Positions 1 through 14,329 are shown, counted from the stretch's first letter. The stretch: DNA of 64,000 nucleotides from the human T2T-CHM13v2.0 reference genome, Homo sapiens (GCF_009914755.1 NC_060928.1), one strand, 5' to 3'. A program made the numbers and translations. The notes: a model not told the origin generated them from the sequence alone.

Positions 1-1603
1 AAACATTATAATACTGCAGTTGCAACTTGATTTGCACATTTTCAGTAAAAGGATGTCTCTACTAAAAGTTCTTTAAAAATGTATTTGTTTCCATTTCTCT
101 TGCCCATAATTACCCATAAGCATATTGCACATACATAAATGACAAAAAACCTATTTCACTGCAGGTAACTCGCAAAGTCTACCTTTTGTATTTTATGAAA
201 TTTAGTGCTTTTTTGGAATATAATTATACAATGAAGTCCACTATTTTCTATTTAGAAAAGCCCAAAGAAATATAAACTTAAAAGAAAAAAACTTGTTATA
301 GCATCTAGGAATAACAGAGAACACCAAGCAGTATGGAGTAGTTGAATCATTTCAGTGATGCTGTTGATATGCATGAACAAACAATATTTTTAAGGCTAGC
401 ACTTTCTTTAAAAAATAATAAATTATTGAGAAACCCACTTGTGAAACAGGCAGCAGGAAGCACCTTGGTCTGAAACAGGAAAACCAGAACTCTATTCCTT
501 GCATCAAGAGAGACCAAAAGCTCCTCTTTAGTAACACCTAACACTCCACACTTGGGAAATTATTACTCTACAGAATATACAGATCAGTATACTGAACGTC
601 CAGTCGGGATTATGATGACCCAGGTTTGTATTTCTGGCCTTAGTATTCTTACTTCCCAGTTTCCATTCTTATAAACTCGGAACATCACCTGCTTCATCTA
701 CCTCCATGGGTTGAGGTAATAATTAGCAGAGATAAATGTAACTAAAGGGTTTTGCAGAATCATAAGCATTAAAACCTAAGTAATTGGTTTTAAATAGTTT
801 TTGTTATTTTCTAAAGAGCATTTGGAGTTACTATAGGTGAAACTGGAAAGTCCTTTATCTAAACACACCGGATAACATAAGAACATGGCTCAATTATAAC
901 TTCTGCTGTGACTTTAGAAGATAAAATTAAAATGCGCTATTAAAGAGCCTTTGTATAGATTTAAGTCACAAGCTTTGAATACCTTCTCCAGCATTAGTGA
1001 TGAACTTGTGCTAATTGGTCTTTACTAGTTCCTCACATCTCTTATGATCAGCATTATGCATTCAGTATAAGAAATATGACATGGCCAAGGAGTGGCAAGG
1101 CAAATGCCTCATAAAGACAAAACCTATAATTATAGTATTAATATTTCAGCTTCATGTACTAAGTAATGTACTTAATGGTGTATAGTTACAATTCATAATC
1201 ATTAGAAACACAAAACTTAAAATCAATATATATTTAACTTAAGTCCAAATATATCTAATGTTGTGACTGTTTAATCCTGGACTTTAAAAAAGATAAGTAG
1301 CTAAAGCCAAATTTCTGTTACATGGCAGAATGTCTACTGTTCATACAAATAAAGCAGTCTTACCAAATAGCGACCTGAAATATCAGTTACTATATGTAAG
1401 GCAGACAAATTACTAAATATAGTAGCATGTCAAACATCTATTTTTAATTCATCACAAATGATCAGTACTCTCAAGGGAGAAAAGAGTTATCCAAATAAAT
1501 ATCCCAGACTTATATTCAAATCAATTGGAAGACTGGATGCTAAAGTATAGAAAACAAGGGTGAGAGATTATTATTAATTATAACAGCACTAGTAGCAATA
1601 GTT

Positions 1604-1800
1604 ATTTATTAAACACTTACATGCTGAGCAATGTGCTAAGGGTTTTACATGCATTATCTTATTGAATCCTCACATCAATGCTATGATGTAATACTGTGAT
1701 TTTTCCTAATTTTACAGGTGAGAAGACTGAGGCTCAGAGCAAATAACTTGTCTAACGTTAGGAAGCTAGGAAGGGGAGGAACAAGTATTTAAGCTTGGGG
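1604..1800 (-). mobile_element. MIR SINE
   Basis: atttattaaacacttac...ttgaatcctcac...ttttacaggtgagaagactgaggctcagag matches the reverse MIR core. Confidence 0.8.
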
Positions 1801-2038
1801 TATTTTCCAGAACGTGAAGAAAATCTTAACACGTAATCCAAAGCACATAAGATGTTCTCTTTCCAAACGATCAAAATACAGAATTCCTGGGGGATATCAC
1901 TATAAAAAGTCTATGTTGTCAGTCGTTTGAACTGGAGAGGTAATATAAAATATAATAATGGAAAATTCAAAATATATAAAATAATGCTAACATTTGTGAC
2001 TTCCAACAGTCCTCTTTACATCCACCTTTAGAACTTAC

Positions 2039-2113
2039 CCGAATTATAATACTACAGTCGGGTTCCTTCCTTTCTACATATACTTCAATTAACAAATCTC
2101 CAGCCTGGGAAAC
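2039..2113 (-). CDS. ARAP2: Exon w17 (75 nt): start of Ras-association domain
   Basis: ttctag|GTT ... CGG|gtaagt; VSQAGDLLIEVYVERKEPDCSIIIR; phases 0/0. Confidence 0.93.
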
Positions 2114-4628
2114 CTAGAAAAGGGCAGAGGTAGAAACAACACAGATAAACATATTGTAAAAACACATATTTGAAACTGAAGACAGCTATAAAGCCCCAGT
2201 CATATTTCTGAATATTTTATAACAATGAAACAAGCTCAATTCCCCTGCTCACAAGCATGATGTGCCCATTTCCACATATGGTTAAGGACAAGGCATTTAC
2301 ACAAATGTTATAATCAGCAACAACAACCACAATGATTTTCTTTTTTATCTCTTACTCAGGAGCTTAGTACTCTCAAATACCTTACATTTTTCCTAAAATA
2401 ATGAATCCAGCTACAATAGATATATGCTGGCTGTGACAACAGAAGTTGTAGGAGCCATCAGCATGTACGTTAACAGGATAAACAAAATGAGGGGTGAAAA
2501 CAAAACACATGAAGTTTTGCTTCAAGCTATAATGTGTGCATGATACCAATATTTAAAAGGCAAATTATGGCTTGCTACGTTTTTAAAGAGAAGATATGCC
2601 TGAAAATTGAACTTTGAGGATAAACTAGGTCAGAGCTATATTAAAACTACAAATAACATAAATTTAGAAAGAAAAATAAAAGTGAGGTCATTCATGGAAT
2701 ATGGCAGACAATAAAAAGAAGTTTTTAATTATCTTTGGCCAAGAATTAAGTACTAATTTAGGTCATTATTATATCCCAAAAGACAGACAAAGTGAAGAAG
2801 ATGCAAGCCTGAAAATAAAAGGCCTTATGATGTCATATCACTGTACAGATTAACAGTATAGAAGGTTAACAAAGAACCAAATGAATCTATGAAAAATATT
2901 TTGAGTAACTTTTTTCAGAAGTTCCCTTAAGTTATGTAACCAATTAGAAACAGTATCACCTGATTTAAATAAAAAAGATCATAACCAAGAAATCATTCTC
3001 AAATTAAATTCACCTCAGCATAAAATCTAATGAGTAAACTTGTGGGGAAAAAAATTTTGTGGGGAAAACATTAAAGATGAACTTTGAAAAAGTTCCTTAA
3101 TTTTTCTGGCATTACAGGCTTAGAAAAGCTTATTTCCAGTTTTCCCTCCTGACTTTCAATGCTACAGATACATTTCAGTAAGTAAAAGATACAGTTGACA
3201 CTTTTGCTTTTCACTATGTTTGCATAAACAGCTCTCCAGGAAGGACACATTTTAAAACTTAAAAAGTTAAAAAAAAAAAAAAAACTTAAAAAGTAAATAC
3301 AAAGAACTCATAGAATGAAATAAAAAAGAAGAATAGGTAAGAAATTCAAACAGGGGTAAGACAAAGAGACTGAATGTCAGAAAAAAATACTCCAGAAGAC
3401 AGTTTTAAATGGATTAGAGGAAAAATTTAAGTAAAAAAACAGATTTTCCCAGACTCTTTTACTTATCTTTTCCAAATACTATTATTTTTACTTACATATA
3501 CAGACTAAACTGAAAGCATTCAAAACATCTTTCTTTATTGTAATATGAATATAAAAGATAAAAAATGCAAAAGGATACTCAAACTTTTTTAATAACAATG
3601 TAGATAGTGTGGTTAAAGTTTACCTCTCAGCCTCACACAATCCTTTATTTCATGACTAAAGACTTCCTCCCCGCTCCCAAAAAAAGTGAGAATTTAAGAT
3701 AATTGATAATGACCTAGATTTTTTAAGGTTAAAGCTGACTCCTTTGGAAGCTGCATAATTACTCTGGGTCAAAATGGAGAAAATAATTCATTAATATCAT
3801 AGTATTAGTACTGATCTAGGCCTTCCTCTATTTTCTTTATATGGAATGACAGTTTCAATGACTCTAGTTAGTTGTGGATATTTCAGGACTGAGGAGAATT
3901 TAATGTCTGACTAACAAAAAAGCATTTGCCTCATTATGTATCTGTAAACAGAGCACATCTGATCCATTTCTATCATTTATATTGGTACCCTGAATCCACT
4001 CTAACTCCTAGTTACTAGAAGATGACTAATCATCAACCTTAAGAAATTCCAGTGAATATTCACCAAACAAGCATAGTGCAACCAGAACACAAAAATCCAG
4101 TATAATGTGACTGAGGAAAACAGGACAGGATATAGAAAAGTCAACTTAGGACAAAAATTAGAATGTGTTACAAAGATCAAATTAGATGCATTCCATTAAT
4201 ACAATCATATGAAAGCATGCAAAGCAAAAGCATATAAGAAATAATTTATAGTTTCAAAATAACAATAGAAAGAATCACTAGGCTGTCTGAATTTTCAACT
4301 TTCTCTAAGTATTTCTTTGGTTTTAAATGCTTCCTTTGAAATCCATTAGCATTTTCAGTCATGGTTTTATACACAAAAGTTGATTTTATAAAGAAAACCT
4401 TGAAAGGTAAATTAAAACTGATTTTCTATTTTTAAAAATTTACATTAACATATTTTGCATATATGTATCAGGTTGCTGAATTACACAACCAATTAGTTTT
4501 TTTTTTTCACTCATTACTTTTACTTTGCTTAAAATAGGAACTTGAAAATACACACAGCAAATGTCTTTACTTACAATGGAAGTTTTTGTTTTGTTTAATT
4601 ATTTAGAGATCTAACTATTACTACTCAC

Positions 4629-4697
4629 TTGGGTGTCTTTCCACTTGGTAATAAAGCTATTTTCTATGTCCATTTGTTTGACTTGATCTTCTTTAAC
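4629..4697 (-). CDS. ARAP2: Exon w16 (69 nt): RhoGAP-RA linker
   Basis: aaacag|GTT ... CAA|gtgagt; VKEDQVKQMDIENSFITKWKDTQ; phases 0/0. Confidence 0.92.
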
Positions 4698-6157
4698 CTG
4701 TTTAAAATATAATTCGGGACATTCTAATAATGTAGAATACGAAGAGTGATGACACTCATCCTCATGTAATCTTCAGGAATTTAAATACTAACAACTTAAA
4801 AATAAATGAGAATGGCCATCGGAATCAATATGAGCCCACACAGCTAGGGTGGAAACAAAGCCAACAAGATAGAGTATCCTAAAGTTCAAAATATTTTATG
4901 ATGATACTACTTCAGGCTGCAATTGCATTGATGGAAGTCCTATTTCTTAGGAAACTTAAGCAAAGGATCTGATGACTGGCTTAAGTTTATGTAGGTTGAG
5001 AAACAAAGCTCATGTATCAAACTGAAATGTTCATTAGGTGCTTATTAAATTTCCATCATTTAGGTAAAGTTTAACATAACTATGAAGATAACCATTTTAT
5101 TAATGGAAAACTACAAATACAGAAAATAGAGACAGCATGTAAGCCACACATCATATTTTTCTAAATCTTTATTTTCTCAGCATCAGATTATTGCAAAGAA
5201 GTTGCTATTGATCAAAAACAGTGGACACATATAGAAAGAAGTAAAGAGGAGATCAAAGAGCAAAGAAAATCCCACAATCTGGTGTCTATTCCTATGTAAA
5301 TTAAGATACAGACTGTGATATTTTGTTTTATTAAAATAGCTTCTTTTTCTTGTCTTATGATAAGTGATTATAATAAGAACGTAAGAACTCTACAATGGTA
5401 ACCAATTACACTAACTGTCTTGACTTCATGTGGTACAGCCATACTTCCGGAAAACAACTGGACTCATAAACACCATTTAAGGGAATGTTCAAAAGGTTAA
5501 ATGACAAAATTGAGGTGCTAGAACTAGTTATATAATAGAACTGGACCTTTTGCCCAAATCCACCAATTTGAATCCTGGGCTTATTTCCCCTATTTTTACT
5601 TCTTTGAACCAAGAAATCATCCCTACTCCAACAGTTTTCTGATGAAACATGAAAATATTAACTTTATAAAATGGAAATTTAAAAAGTCAATTAAAACAGA
5701 TGACTTAGTAAAACACCATAGAATAATAATATTTTAGAATGTTATTTGTTTCCAACTGGGGACACAACTAAAAGAAAAAACCAAAGGGCTTTCAACTGCA
5801 GAATTTAAGAGTCTGGTATTTATTAATGAATTGTTCATTTTATAACTTCACACTTCTAAGTAGATATAATTCATACACATGAAGAAAAAGAAAACACATG
5901 CAAAAATCCTATAAATAGAAATATTCTGTCAAACAGATATCAGATGGTAAAAAGTTTTAAATGCAACCAAATTTAAATAATGACTATAGCTTAAAAGCTA
6001 CTTATATCTATAATTTAAAAAAATATGACTATTCCTTATTTTATGTATTTCTAAATATGAATAAAGATCTGAATAATAACACCCTACAACATATATATTT
6101 GTTGGCAAACAGTGACATTATAACCATTTTAACAAGGGCAGGATACAAAATAATTAC

Positions 6158-6305
6158 CTCAAATATTTCTACATAATTATTAATTAGGTCCTCAATTACA
6201 TTCACTTCTTCACTAGTTTGTCCCTTCGTTTGAAACAAACAGGATGAAAAGACCAAGGCCAAATTATGGGCATTCATGTGATTGATTTCTGAGCATTTCT
6301 GAACC
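6158..6305 (-). CDS. ARAP2: Exon w15 (148 nt): RhoGAP-like C-terminus
   Basis: tgacag|G GTT ... GAG|gtaat; VQKCSEINHMNAHNLALVFSSCLF...LINNYVEIFE (NxMxxxNLAxVF motif); phases 2/0. Confidence 0.96.
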
Positions 6306-7026
6306 CTGTCAGAGAAAAGCATAGTTTATTATGATACACTTTTATTTGGAAATTTCATAGAACAGAAAGCCAGTTTATCAATTTTTAAACACAGCAATAT
6401 TGGAATTCTCTGACATAAAAGATACAGTGGTGACTTAAAAGCATATGGTTCTTTCTTCTAAGTAGCTTATAATGATAGTTAAGAACATCAGAAAAAGTAC
6501 TGTTAAATAGATTAGTAAAAGTTACAAAGTCATACTTAATTGTTGATTTAGAGAAAGGGCTGACCATATTCAAACAATTGCAAACTATAAAACAACCTGT
6601 GGCCAAAGTATAGAAGTATGCTTGCAGAATGGCGTAAAATGACTTGTGGGGCTGCAGCATAGGAGGAGGAAATGGGGCAGGAGGTATGTAGAAAACAGGC
6701 AAAAAAGGTAGGTCATTAGACATATAATTGACAGTTCCAAATTCCAGGTGCCAAGCTGGGCTAAATTTTCCAGAAAGTGCAAATCAAATGAGAAAGAATA
6801 TCTGGGCCCATGTGTCCGTACAGCTATTCTAAATAAAATATTATCACAAGGCAGACTACTTTAAAATGCAATTACATTTTTCTTGGATATAACTAAGAAT
6901 GGCTTTTTATAATGAACAGAAATGAACGAAGGAGTCAACTCTTTCAATCAGTAGGCTATAACACTGGGGTCTTAAAAGAGTTGTTAAACTGTTTACGAAT
7001 AAGTATAAAGTAATTAAAAAAAATAA

Positions 7027-7750
7027 ACCCACAATGAGATATCATCTCACACTCACAATAGTCAGAATGGCTATTACTGAAAAGTCAAAAAAATAACAGA
7101 TGCTAGAGGGGTTATGGGGAAAAATGAATGCTTTTACACTGTTACTGGGAGTGTAAATTAGTTCAACCACTGTAGAAGACAGTGTGGCAATTTCTCAAAG
7201 ACCTAAAGACAGAAATACCATTCAACCCAGCAATCCTATTACTAGGTATATACCCAAAGGAATATAAATCATTATATTATAAAGACACAGACACACATAT
7301 ATTCACTGCAGCACTGTTCACAAAACCAAAGACATTAAATCAAACCTAAATGCCCATCAATGACAGAGTAAGGAAAATGTGGTACATAAACACCATGGAA
7401 TACTATGCAGCCATAACAAAGAATGAGATCACGTCCTTTGCAGCAACATGGATGGAGCTGGAGGCCAATATCCTTAGCAAACTAACACAGGAACAGAAAA
7501 CCAAATACTGTATATTCTCACTTATAAGTGGGAGCTAAATGATGAGAATACATAGCAAACAACATACACTGGGGCCTAATGGAGGGTGAAGAGTGGGAAG
7601 AGGGAGAGGATCAGGAGAAATAACTAATGGGTACTAGGCTTAATACCCGGATGAGGAAATAATCTGTACAACAAACCCCTGTGATACAAGTTTACCTGTG
7701 TAACAAACCTACACACTGTACCCCTGAACTTAAAAGTTTACAAAAAAAAC
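7027..7750 (+). mobile_element. L1 3' fragment (older L1PA/L1PB type)
   Basis: ORF2 C-terminal remnant KMWYINTMEYYAAI...WMELEANILSKL, then L1 3'UTR and A tail. Confidence 0.92.
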
Positions 7751-9840
7751 CAAAACAACTCCCTGAAGCATCATCCCTAAGAAAGGGAAAGTTACATTGC
7801 TAAAAATGTCACAGACGAGAACTGTAAGTGGCACACTTGATCAAATGAATATAGTAACTCCATCAAATGAATGTAGTAAGACTAAGCTAGACATTCCCAT
7901 CTATGAAGAACACAGATTCAGGTAGCTACAAGAAAAGGTGAATAAACATGATAGCAATACATATGTTAATGTAGAGAATTCATAATAAAATACCAAATTG
8001 CATAGCAGAGATGGTGCAAGTGCAATCATCACACGTGATTTACAACATGCAAAAGGAACTGGAGTTTAATAGAAGAGGATGCGATAATTGTGAACACCCC
8101 TCTCAAAACAATGTCTATGCTTTTACAGTACACTTAACTGTAAACATCTGGAACATTTATCTGCATGTCTGTCTCTGTTACTAGAATCTATGTATCTCAC
8201 AGTCAGAAACTCTTTAATTACATTGTGGTGCATGATAAACACCTGGCGAATGGAATTAAGAGGATATTACTGATGGAGGAAATACTCTTTTAGCTAGGGT
8301 AGGGATTGAATTAAAGGCTAAATCAACTTGTCCTCATCCAATTTACTTCTCAATCTTTTAAGGACATTATCTTTAAGGACATTCCTGCATTTCTTGGGAC
8401 TTCCTTCTGCAGTATCATCCCCTTTGGTACTTTTCACCTCTCTTGTCTTTAATTTAAGTGGCTGCCTTAGTTTCTGGGACAAAATAGGTATAATATAGTG
8501 TTTCCTTTTCTTCCTTTACTTCTCTGCTCCGAGGTGTTAACATTTCCAAGTGTTCCATATTCAGCTTGCCCAGTCCCTTCTCTCCCAGGTTTTCTCACCA
8601 GAAACTCAACAAAACTGTTTCCTAGTTAGTTTATCTGTCTCTATGCTACATTTTCCCTAACAATACCATCATAGGGATTATTATCCTAACACATTTGATC
8701 TGTTACTTCTTATCACTTAAAGGATAAAATCCAAATGTTTTTGCATGACCTACAAAGCCTTCCACAACTTCCTGCCAGCCAACTATAACTCTGTCATCTT
8801 CTAGTACTCCTATGTCCCAGACATTATCCTTCACTCATTTCTTTCACGCCCAGTTCATATGTCCCTTTAAATCTGAAGCATAGAAGCATCCCCTGGACCA
8901 CAACACACAATGAATCATTCAATTTATCCTCTATAATTCCATGCTGCACGCTAAAATTCTCTATATTAAAGTTTGTCTCAACATCTCACAGGCATAGAGA
9001 TAGGACTATATAATGTGGACTATATTTGTATGATGCAATAAGAAAATCAGTTTTACAATAATGGAGCTGACATAAATGAGAAGTAGTGGTTGGGAAAGAA
9101 AAGAACAAGAGGAAAGAACACAAATTGTGAAACATTTCTAAATTGAGACTGCAAATAAGGTACTTTTAGTAAAATTCAGCTTTACAGAAATTTACTCAAG
9201 AGAGTATTTCATCCATTCAGGGAGCTACAATATATTCCTTAATCAAAATTTATATTTATTTAACTTTTTGTAATAATTCCTGCTAAGATTTTAAAAAAAA
9301 ACTAGTTTTGACTTAAAAGGTTATTTTCAAATGTCCTCATCCTTCAGACCTCATTGGTAAAGTCACCATTACATTCCTCATATCTTCCCAAATGCAAGGA
9401 GACCTTCATGCCTTGACATACAAAATTGTTTTTGATTTTTAAAATTTCCTCACTGGATCAATAGCCTGATACCAAAATATAAAGGTCAGGTAAGATATAA
9501 ACTGATAATAAAGAAATGTCCACCATGAGAAAATACTGTCATCACAGACAGATTCTTGTTACAGAATTCTGGTCCCTGCACATCCTTTATTCTCCAGCTT
9601 CCAAACCAAGTGAGTTTTTAAATTCTTGCTTATGCATCAGATGCATTTGGGGACACTGTATACAATTATTTCTGATTAAGAAATTCCCAGTGCTATTTAT
9701 CTGTAAATGTGACTTAATTACAGAAAGAGAGACTAAGGTGAGTTCTTATAATACGTAGAAAGATTCACAATCACATAAGAAATAATGACTTATTGAGTGC
9801 TGTGTTTGAAATGTCGAGAAAAGTTCATTCATCTACCCAC

Positions 9841-9946
9841 CTATACAGGTGTTCAATGATAGCTGCTAGTGTTGCTCGGTTGACCCCTGGAAGAGAACGT
9901 ATAAATGCTCCATATTTTTTAATTCTTTCCTTGTCATCTTGCGTAT
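9841..9946 (-). CDS. ARAP2: Exon w14 (106 nt): RhoGAP-like
   Basis: cttcag|AT ACG ... TAT AG|gtggg; (D)TQDDKERIKKYGAFIRSLPGVNRATLAAIIEHLY(R); phases 1/2. Confidence 0.95.
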
Positions 9947-11815
9947 CTGAAGGGGAAAAAAAAACAATCTTGAGATCTAAACTAATTATCTATGTTATGG
10001 ATTTGTCTATCAGCAGTATTGTAAAACAGTCACAAACAAATGCATTTTAATAAGTGATACAATCAGGTTTCAGTAGACAATCGTTCAAAGTTCTAAAGTA
10101 ATTGCCTATTAATCTGGAAAAGCATTTATTTACATAACATTCCAGTATTATGTGCTCTAGTTCTTACAATTTGTAATTTAAAATAAAGAACTTTTAAAAT
10201 AGAAGGTTAGGTGGGATTATATTTTTTTATCTTCTACTTTATGGAATACTGAACTTTAACTTAACAGGAATACATTCAATTAATTACTCAAACTGGAGTA
10301 CAAACTGAAGAGTTAAGCCAAAAGTATTTTAACTCTGGCTATGGAAATGTTTTATCATTTGTATTTGAAAATGACATTTCTGATTTTTATTTCTCATGAA
10401 ATTATAAAAATCTTTCCAAAGCTATGAACTATCCTGGAACTATGAACTGTACAGTACCCCTTCGATCCAGGTAAAGGGTACTTTCAAATCTTTTGAAAAG
10501 TTGAGAGTGCAATGGAAGAAGTCAAGCCCAGGCCTTAATAACTACAATCTGGATTTAGAGGATGATAGACCTCCTGCTTTTGTCATGAACAGAAATTTGT
10601 TGGTTTATGGAGAGAAGGATGAGAAGGACTTACCCTCCACTCACCTGACTCCAAGAAGGCAAATATCTGGAGAAACCAGAGACAGAAACCCCCAAAGATC
10701 TAAACTCTCTGTAGAGAGCATGCAGTGACAGTTTAGCCTATGCTACCTGAAGTGGAAATAGATCATTCTTTAAATAAATCACTTGTGCTGACTTGGTAAC
10801 TCAAGGAGACCACACTTATTATTTCCTCTCAATTCGCAACTATCTTTGGAAACAAGACGATTTTATTTCTTGCTTAGCCTTACCTCTTCTATTCACAGAA
10901 AATCAGCAGCACGCTAATGATGTCTTAAAAGTACAAAGTCACTTGTAAAGGACATTAGGATCCCTGGCTAGGTAAGAAACTCTGTATGACACAGTTTTCA
11001 AGTGCACACCTATTCAAAATTGCAAGTGATATCTCTTTTGTACTGATTTAGCCTGTACATGAAAGCAATAGCCATACACATGAGTATACTGAATTAAGTG
11101 CACTAGTAGATGACTCTCTATAAGAAAGAGGGGGAAACACCCAAATTACATTCAAAGACATTACTGGAAATTAATTATGTATAATTCCCAGTATAATGCA
11201 AACATTTATCCTCGCGTTATCCAGTTTCTAACTGTAGGAGAAATTGCATTTATTCCTTAAAATTTAACCCTACTACGCTTAAAACAAAAAGTCATGCTAG
11301 TATGCATATTTCCACAAATCTTATAAAATAGATGATATTTTCAAAATAAAGCTAAATAAATTGAAAGTAAAACTCAGGAATGATTTCAGGCCATATAGAA
11401 AATACAATGAGCAATTCAACGAAACATATAAGTTAACAGTCCTCCTAGAAGAACAGATCATATGTCATATAAATATAGGTGGTACACGGCTATAAGGCAT
11501 TCTCTACCTCAGGTATACAGTACATCAAAAGAGTTTTATGAATTCACTCAGACAGTACTAGTTTATTCTTTTCAGGCCCAACATGGCCACTTTTGAAGGG
11601 TCCAGCTAAACTATACTGTTGGCAAAAGCAAAGGAGTTAAAGGTTACTTGACCCAGTATTCAAAGCCTTCTCCAAATAAATTCTCCAAGAACTCACATGC
11701 AAGTGAAAGGTGAACACTCCTACCCCTGCTGACTACCTTGTTCTGGTAGACTGACAACAGTGAAGACTTGTTTGTCACTCAATTTGACAACTTTAGCAAA
11801 TATATATTTGTCGCT

Positions 11816-12172
<357 letters not shown>

Positions 12173-13453
12173 TAGAGATACTCTAAACAGCTTCATACAT
12201 TTCAATACAATTTCTTAAAACAAAAATGAGGGGTGCAAGGTAACTGAGCTTAAAGCAATGTATTTAGCTCTGTGTTTTATATCTTAGAAAATTATACACT
12301 TAATTCTTCTTGTGATTACAGTGAACCCTACTGATTTGAGAAACATTAGAAGGCAAATGAAAGACTTCTGAAAGGTAGTTATATCGTGAGAAGCTTTATT
12401 TTCATTATAATACTACTTTTGCTGACACTAACTAGGGTCATTCTTGGGATAATTTTCAAACTGTGCATGTTTTGTGACATCATTTGAAAATTAATCTCTT
12501 TAAATATATCACTTGTTTTAGATTAAACAAATACTTTCAATGAGGAAAATTACTTCTCAATAGAGGAATGCCATGTGACTAGATTCAAAAGCCATTTTCC
12601 AAATCTTGAAAGAGATTAAATATATGAGACAAACACATTATAATTATGGAATAATTCAAAAGTAAGTTTTAAAACCTAGAACAAGAGAGAAATAAAAATT
12701 ATCATTTGGAAAATATTATAGATATATGAGAAATGCTTATGGTTTATTAATAAAAATAAAAATGTCATATACATAAATTATAAAAGTGAAGAAAAGGACT
12801 ATAATATGGAAAAATAAAAGTAGCTTCAGTAAAAAGGTGGAATTAAAGGCAATGCTTATATTTAAGTCTTTGTTATTGTAATGTTTCAATAAAAGGACTT
12901 GTTTTAAATCATCGGAGGTTAAAAACAGGTTTTACTAAAATTAATTTGACCCATGAGGGATTTAATAAACTCCTTTTCTAGGGTCATCTCTTAATTAGCT
13001 TTTCTTACAGTGTATAACAAAACTCTATTTCATTAGATGGAATCTAGAATAAATGAAGCAAAAGTTAAAAAAATTGTTATATACACTAAAGATGTAGAAC
13101 ACATAATAGAAGAAACACAAAAGAGTCATGGGTGAAAATCTTGCAAAATGTATCCTGTAGTAAATGCTTCATTTTATTTTTAATGAGAAATTAGTAGCAC
13201 ACATGGACTTGACTGTAACATTCCAAAGTTGAAGCAAAGTATGCACTAAGAAATCCATTGAAAACTAAGTATATACCAAACGATTTAGTGAATATTTTGA
13301 ATTTCTCTTGAGGTAGAGAGAAACAGCTATTGATATTTATATAATTTCTGTTCTCAGCCATTATGTACATTGTTTCTTTCAATTAAAATTTCAGCTTATC
13401 AAAGATGTTTAAAGTCTAAGTATTAAAAGGCAAGCATGTATTATGGTCTATAT

Positions 13454-13456
<3 letters not shown>

Positions 13457-13499
<43 letters not shown>
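13457..13499. repeat. (CA)21 microsatellite
   Basis: Perfect dinucleotide run 26 nt into the intron after exon w13. Confidence 0.98.
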
Positions 13500-13500
<1 letters not shown>

Positions 13501-13525
13501 CTACAAATATCTGTATAAATATTAC

Positions 13526-13738
13526 CTAAAGCAGAGATCCAATATGGGTAGAGCTCCTTAGTAAGCAGTGCATCATCAATGTCAGAGAGAAAACTTTTCA
13601 ACACAGCCGTCACATCTTCAAGCTGATGTTTTCCAGCCCTCAATTTAAAGCTTCTTGCATCCTTTTTGAAACTCTCCAGGAGTTCACTTATATGCAAAGG
13701 ATCACCATTCTTTTGATAGATATATTTGCATCCTAAAC
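13526..13738 (-). CDS. ARAP2: Exon w13 (213 nt): RhoGAP-like core
   Basis: acaaag|GT TTA GGA ... TTA G|gtaat; (G)LGCKYIYQKNG...DVTAVLKSFLSDIDDALLT...WISAL; phases 1/1. An in-frame TAG acceptor lies 6 nt inside. Confidence 0.93.
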
Positions 13739-14329
13739 CTTTGTTTAAAAAAAAAAGTTATATTTTAAAAGTCTAAATTCAAAAGCCAGTTTGATATTTT
13801 AAAAACAAAACAAATGTTTGTGTTGAGACGAGAAGATGATGAAATCATTACGCAAGAGATGATATAAACATGCATGAGCAGGAAAGGCTTTTTACTCCTG
13901 ATTTTAGTATTTAAAATGTAAACCTAATGAGCAAATCATTGCAGCCTCAGCTTTTGGCAAGCCCCTGATCAGTCCTTCCTCCAGCTCTCCATAGTATCTT
14001 TTCCAAATGTTCTTTTTCTTAAAGTGCCCTATCTTCACTTAGTCTCCCAGCAAACAACTTACCTCCATTTCTCACTGACAAAAGTGAGGCTCTCTGGTAT
14101 AAATGTCATCAACCACCTGCCCCTATATTGTATATGAATTTCTGTATGCTCCCATCTTCACCTTATTTCCAATGGAGAGTTGGGTTACCTCTTTTTCATG
14201 GTTACTGATTCATGAAGTACTCCATACCAAATAAAAGGAGCAGTGGTTAGGAGGAAGAGTGATGATGACAATGACAATAATTCAAACCCCAAAAGCATCC
14301 CTTGCCTCCTCCCAGGCTTCTTTTCCCTG

